Source: an uncultured Bacteroidales bacterium
GTDB lineage: Bacteria > Bacteroidota > Bacteroidia > Bacteroidales > FEN-979
DNA: 64,000 nt
NCBI GenBank assembly: GCA_903885595.1
Contig: CAISJJ010000158.1
Location: forward strand, 3,984 to 67,983
Direction: 5' to 3'
The position numbers and the translations under genes are program-made. The stretch's first letter is position 1, and each line of letters starts with the position of its first letter. Positions 62,601 through 64,000 of this stretch are shown here, one piece after another. Below the pieces are notes generated by a model. It searched no databases. It saw only the letters and a program-made list of their open reading frames with translations, and was not told where the DNA came from.

Positions 62601-62914
62601 CGCGGATAAATGAGATCGCCGGGATTTGGCAGGATTTTATATTCATATCCTGACTGAAGAAAACCGGTGAACTGCTTTCGGTTCGCATAGGCCCAAACGG
62701 TATCACCCTTGACATTATCGATGGAGATAATGCGGGTCAGTTTGCTGATTTCTTTTTTATCACGGATCATGAAACGAAAATATCGCTCAGACTTTCCTGA
62801 AAACAGTTGCGCTGGCAATGAGTTATCGCCGGCATTGGAGTTTGATTCCTGGGCATTCAGCAAGGAGCCTAAGAAAACAAGGACAAGGAGCAGAAGTGTA
62901 CGATGTGCGTTCAA
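59639..62914 (-). CDS. T9SS-secreted M14 zinc carboxypeptidase with PKD, CUB-like, CarboxypepD_reg-like, dockerin-like and cohesin-like domains
   Basis: 1091 aa. TTG is the only available start and gives (M)NAHRTLLLLVLVFLGSLLNAQ. M14 motifs SSIHGDETTGY, NRNYP, ANFHGGAEVYNYPWD. PKD WQWSFPGGNPATS...YDVSLTISDG. CUB-like CAGNFYDSGGPDANY...YDYLYIYNG. Dockerin-like GDVNASGSLSASDVLLIKKRI. Cohesin-like IIVPITVSS...AFQFSIQYDPAKLSF. CTD IYPNPGKGLFNLSL...DGVYFLRIQTG. Confidence 0.85.
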   Translation of the reverse strand: MNAHRTLLLLVLVFLGSLLNAQESNSNAGDNSLPAQLFSGKSERYFRFMIRDKKEISKLTRIISIDNVKGDTVWAYANRKQFTGFLQSGYEYKILPNPGDLIYPRMLDNVNLKDRTVWDFYPTYTAYLSLMAQFQANYPALCKIDTIGMSTDGRLLLAAKISDNVATDEGEPEFFYTSSIHGDETTGYVLMLHLMDYLLLNYGTDSRVTNMLNNTEIWINPLANPDGTYNGGNNTVNGATRGNANGVDMNRNYPDAQEGPHPDGEAWQVETEAFMNFAGIRDFVMSANFHGGAEVYNYPWDTWPRLHPDNNWWIFTGRQYADTVHVHSGGGYMNEWDNGITNGYAWYEVHGGRQDYMNIFRQCREVTIELSNTKLLPATQLISHWNYNYRSLLNYIDQSRYGINGIITDSITGNPLHAKVFIAGHDQDSTHVYSSAVTGDYYRPIKAGSYNLTFSAGCYRTKTIQNVSATDLNTTILNVQLYPYGGLNPEFTADKVNVTFSEPVYFTDLSCGSPVSWQWSFPGGNPATSTDPNPVVVYAAAGVYDVSLTISDGVDSQTLLKQGYITVAQNIIMANGNITTCAGNFYDSGGPDANYNNSENKVMTINPATSGAMLKVSFSQFETESGYDYLYIYNGSSVSAPQITGSPFNGTASPGTITASNASGSLTFKFTSDNSVTRIGWAASIECEGGATGHAISGAITYPNAANTPMHNIPVKLKNSGGTVIATVSTSVSGNYSFTGITDGNYTVEATTDKPWGGVSAADVLLFKKHIGNIAPLSGIFLACGDVNASGSLSASDVLLIKKRIITIVTSFPVGDWLFENQAVTVSGNDVTRNFNGIIYGDANASYTWTILDAPGLSNDPLNQLKSGSDGTITLETPKKTSKGRIIVPITVSSIRESGAFQFSIQYDPAKLSFVEANNWYAGIEDVTIANPQPGTLALLWAADAHGISLNGTLSNLVFNSVADGTPDVSWSASPTPCEWFDFDARRLDISLQKSTGENGNTLNEATEEDMRIYPNPGKGLFNLSLPTAGSKELTLMVYNSIGMQVTGLTSAGSNQQGPLQINLSHLPDGVYFLRIQTGTERITKKLIISR

Positions 62915-63203
62915 GGTAATTTGAATTTAAAAGGTGAGTGGATATATCTGTTTGATCTTAATTTGTCCGGACCGAAGCGAAATGCAAAGGTACAAAATAT
63001 TGTCGTTCTGTTTGTACAGGTAAACGTTTGTTTTTAAGGTGATTTCCGTAAATTCAGGATTGGCAGATCAGGAAAGGCAGTCTTTCAATATTTATGGAAA
63101 TTCAAAATCAGAATCGTACCCGGACAAAACGCCGGAATGAATATCACTGAGGCAATCAGGCCCTTCTGTAAACCTGTATGATTTGCATCCCCGGGAAAAA
63201 ACT

Positions 63204-64000
63204 TTAACTACCGACAACCAATTTCTCCAACCTTGTAAATCCTTCACCGGAAAACCGCACGATGTAGATTCCCGGACTAAAATTAGAGAAATCTATCCTA
63301 CGCTCCCTGTTTAACTTTTTATCCTGGAACACAACCTTGCCGATGCTGTTGAAAATTGAGATTTCTGAAGACTGGTCTGATGACAGGATTGCATATTCAC
63401 GCACGGGGTTTGGGGAAATACGTGTGTTAACAATAGGAGTATTCGGTTCAACACCCTCATACAGTTCGACCTCGATATAACACATTTTTGTAACCGTATC
63501 AGTCCCGGATTCGTTGGTTGCTATCATTTTTACAGGATAGGTACCGGGTTCGTCATAATAAATGCCCATGGGATCCATATCTGTGGAATTGGGAGGATTC
63601 CCCCCTGTAAATTCCCAATTCCACGACGATGGAGAAAAGGATGACTGATCAAAGAAATCTACGCTCTGACCGGTATAAATACGATACCGGGAAGCCTCGA
63701 AATCTGCGACCGGTGCATGTGTTCCATTATATTTATATGCTTTGATGGTACTGCCTGCCCCGCAAACCACCATGATGCCTTCTTTTGAAATTGAGGGGCC
63801 GGCATAATAGTTCCCGTTAATGGTTAAGGTGGACCAAAGGGTAGTTTGCAAGTCATAGGTCAGAGCATAATAATCGCCTTCAGTGTTATTAACATAGACC
63901 ACTGAATCTGAATCTACTGTGATTCTGCCACTGTTGAAGGTATTGACCAATGATGAATCCATCGGGCTTCCGTCCGATTTATTTAACCTGTAGATCTTTC
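63204..64000 (-). CDS. T9SS-secreted protein with PKD domain, 5' end beyond the window edge
   Basis: The frame stays open upstream of Met 63962 to position 64000 (...KIYRLNKSDGSPMDSS...). PKD WNWEFTGGNPPNSTD...YPVKMIATNESG. CTD ISPNPVREYAILS...PGIYIVRFSG. Confidence 0.8.
   Translation of the reverse strand, partial: KIYRLNKSDGSPMDSSLVNTFNSGRITVDSDSVVYVNNTEGDYYALTYDLQTTLWSTLTINGNYYAGPSISKEGIMVVCGAGSTIKAYKYNGTHAPVADFEASRYRIYTGQSVDFFDQSSFSPSSWNWEFTGGNPPNSTDMDPMGIYYDEPGTYPVKMIATNESGTDTVTKMCYIEVELYEGVEPNTPIVNTRISPNPVREYAILSSDQSSEISIFNSIGKVVFQDKKLNRERRIDFSNFSPGIYIVRFSGEGFTRLEKLVVGS

Noticed and set aside
1-64000. rRNA, tRNA, tmRNA, riboswitch, integrase, transposase or prophage genes
   Set aside because: Reading both strands, I saw no conserved tRNA T-loop or acceptor patterns, no rRNA-like segments, and no recombinase or transposase motifs in any ORF. 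Absence cannot be proven without tRNAscan, Infernal or HMM runs.

Overview
This is a 64-kb fragment of a Bacteroidota chromosome. The evidence is a SusC/SusD pair, many lipobox lipoproteins, four proteins with T9SS C-terminal sorting domains, and TAnnTTTG-type promoter boxes. All family calls come from reading motifs in the supplied translations; no searches were run. Layout: (1) 1-6.8 kb holds a TonB-dependent receptor (runs off the left edge and is missing from the ORF track), a lipoprotein, a membrane protein, a TiaS-N-domain-like protein and a cytoplasmic hybrid histidine kinase. (2) About 7-38.7 kb is a large starch/glycogen utilisation region. It contains susC/susD/SusE-F-like genes, five GH13 enzymes, GH77 malQ, glgB, a GH2, two esterases and two SLC45-like MFS transporters. 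Two GxxExxY (PD-(D/E)XK-like) gene cassettes and several non-autonomous repeat families interrupt it. (3) 38.8-45.6 kb holds a second hybrid kinase, a DUF3078-like protein, mscL and a LamG/LruC lipoprotein. (4) 45.8-59.6 kb is an accessory neighbourhood that I consider the best candidate for an undescribed system. It contains an exported caspase-FGE fusion, an output-less CHASE2 protein, a catalytically dead trypsin-fold protein with a putative OM barrel, two LPP20-like proteins, a DUF4384-like domain, a transglutaminase-like/beta-propeller protein and a V4R plus soluble kinase pair. (5) 59.6-64 kb holds two T9SS cargo proteins, one an M14 carboxypeptidase mosaic. I found no rRNA, tRNA, CRISPR array, transposase or integrase. 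Two MITE-like families are present, one with clear 4-bp target-site duplications, and many intergenic spacers are filled with short 'word' tandem arrays and G/C-run hairpins.
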